A stretch of DNA of 41,057 bases from Sphaeroforma arctica JP610 (Eukaryota), in assembly GCF_001186125.1 (NCBI RefSeq), contig NW_014040125.1:32619-73675 (forward strand). Direction: 5' to 3'. Position numbers and translations under genes: made by a program. Every line of letters starts with the position of its first letter. The stretch's first letter is position 1. Positions 40,481 to 41,057 of the stretch are shown here, one piece after another. A model generated the notes under the pieces. The model did no database searches and was not told the origin of the DNA. It saw only the letters and a program-made list of their open reading frames with translations.

Positions 40481-41057
40481 CTGAATACATCGGAGAATAC
40501 ATATAAACCACAACTATGTACAAGGCACACAAGCGTATGATACGATGTCTCAAACCTACAAGATAAGAATCTGATGAAGAGGCATTGGAAGACTCTTTCA
40601 CAAGCACCTCGCATTCATATTATGGACCATATAGTGGACCATATATATCTTGCGATTGCAGACAAAAGGGTCTACTTGTAGACATTAAATTATAAAATAT
40701 ATTGCAGCCGTACTCCACCATTCCCGTTTCCTTTAGAAGAGCACTGCTCTCCAAATAATAATTAAACCATACGGTACAGGATTGAAACAAAATGGCGTTT
40801 TATGCGTAAAATTCCGTTCACAAAATACATTGCTTTGCATGCCCACGAAGGTTTATCGATACTTCCGTCAACATTCATACTATATCAGATGAACAAGTAG
40901 CATGAAAGAACATGAATCAGTACATCCGTCGAAACATATACAGATATATGTGGATTTGAAGATTCATTGTATACGTATCGATTTACTTGGGGAAATTTAT
41001 ATTATTTATTTTTTAATATACATTGATAATATATTATATAATATGATATAATATATA

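Overview
Eukaryotic, intron-rich genomic DNA (GT-AG introns, long TA/TG microsatellites, two N gaps). It is not prokaryotic: I see no CRISPR array, operon, rRNA or tRNA. The gene content (Mlx/Mondo bHLH-ZIP with a DCD domain, animal-type four-domain transglutaminase, FAM151/menorin) suggests a holozoan, possibly a unicellular animal relative such as an ichthyosporean; this is inference. By hand-splicing I reconstruct seven genes: Mlx/Mondo-like TF (+), transglutaminase with signal peptide (-), ArfGAP-like protein lacking the catalytic Arg (+), GPI transamidase subunit PIG-S (+), polyQ nuclear coiled-coil protein (-), FAM151-like protein (+) and a METTL24/Methyltransf_22-like protein (-, 5' end unresolved). 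There is also a possible small gene, a 757-bp TIR-bounded pogo-type transposon derivative, several satellites, a perfect 20-bp-stem hairpin and recurrent upstream motifs. The most notable items are the secreted transglutaminase with a remodelled acceptor site, the Arg-to-Gln pseudo-ArfGAP, the Mlx/Mondo mosaic and the isolated hairpin. Family assignments come from remembered motifs, not from database searches.
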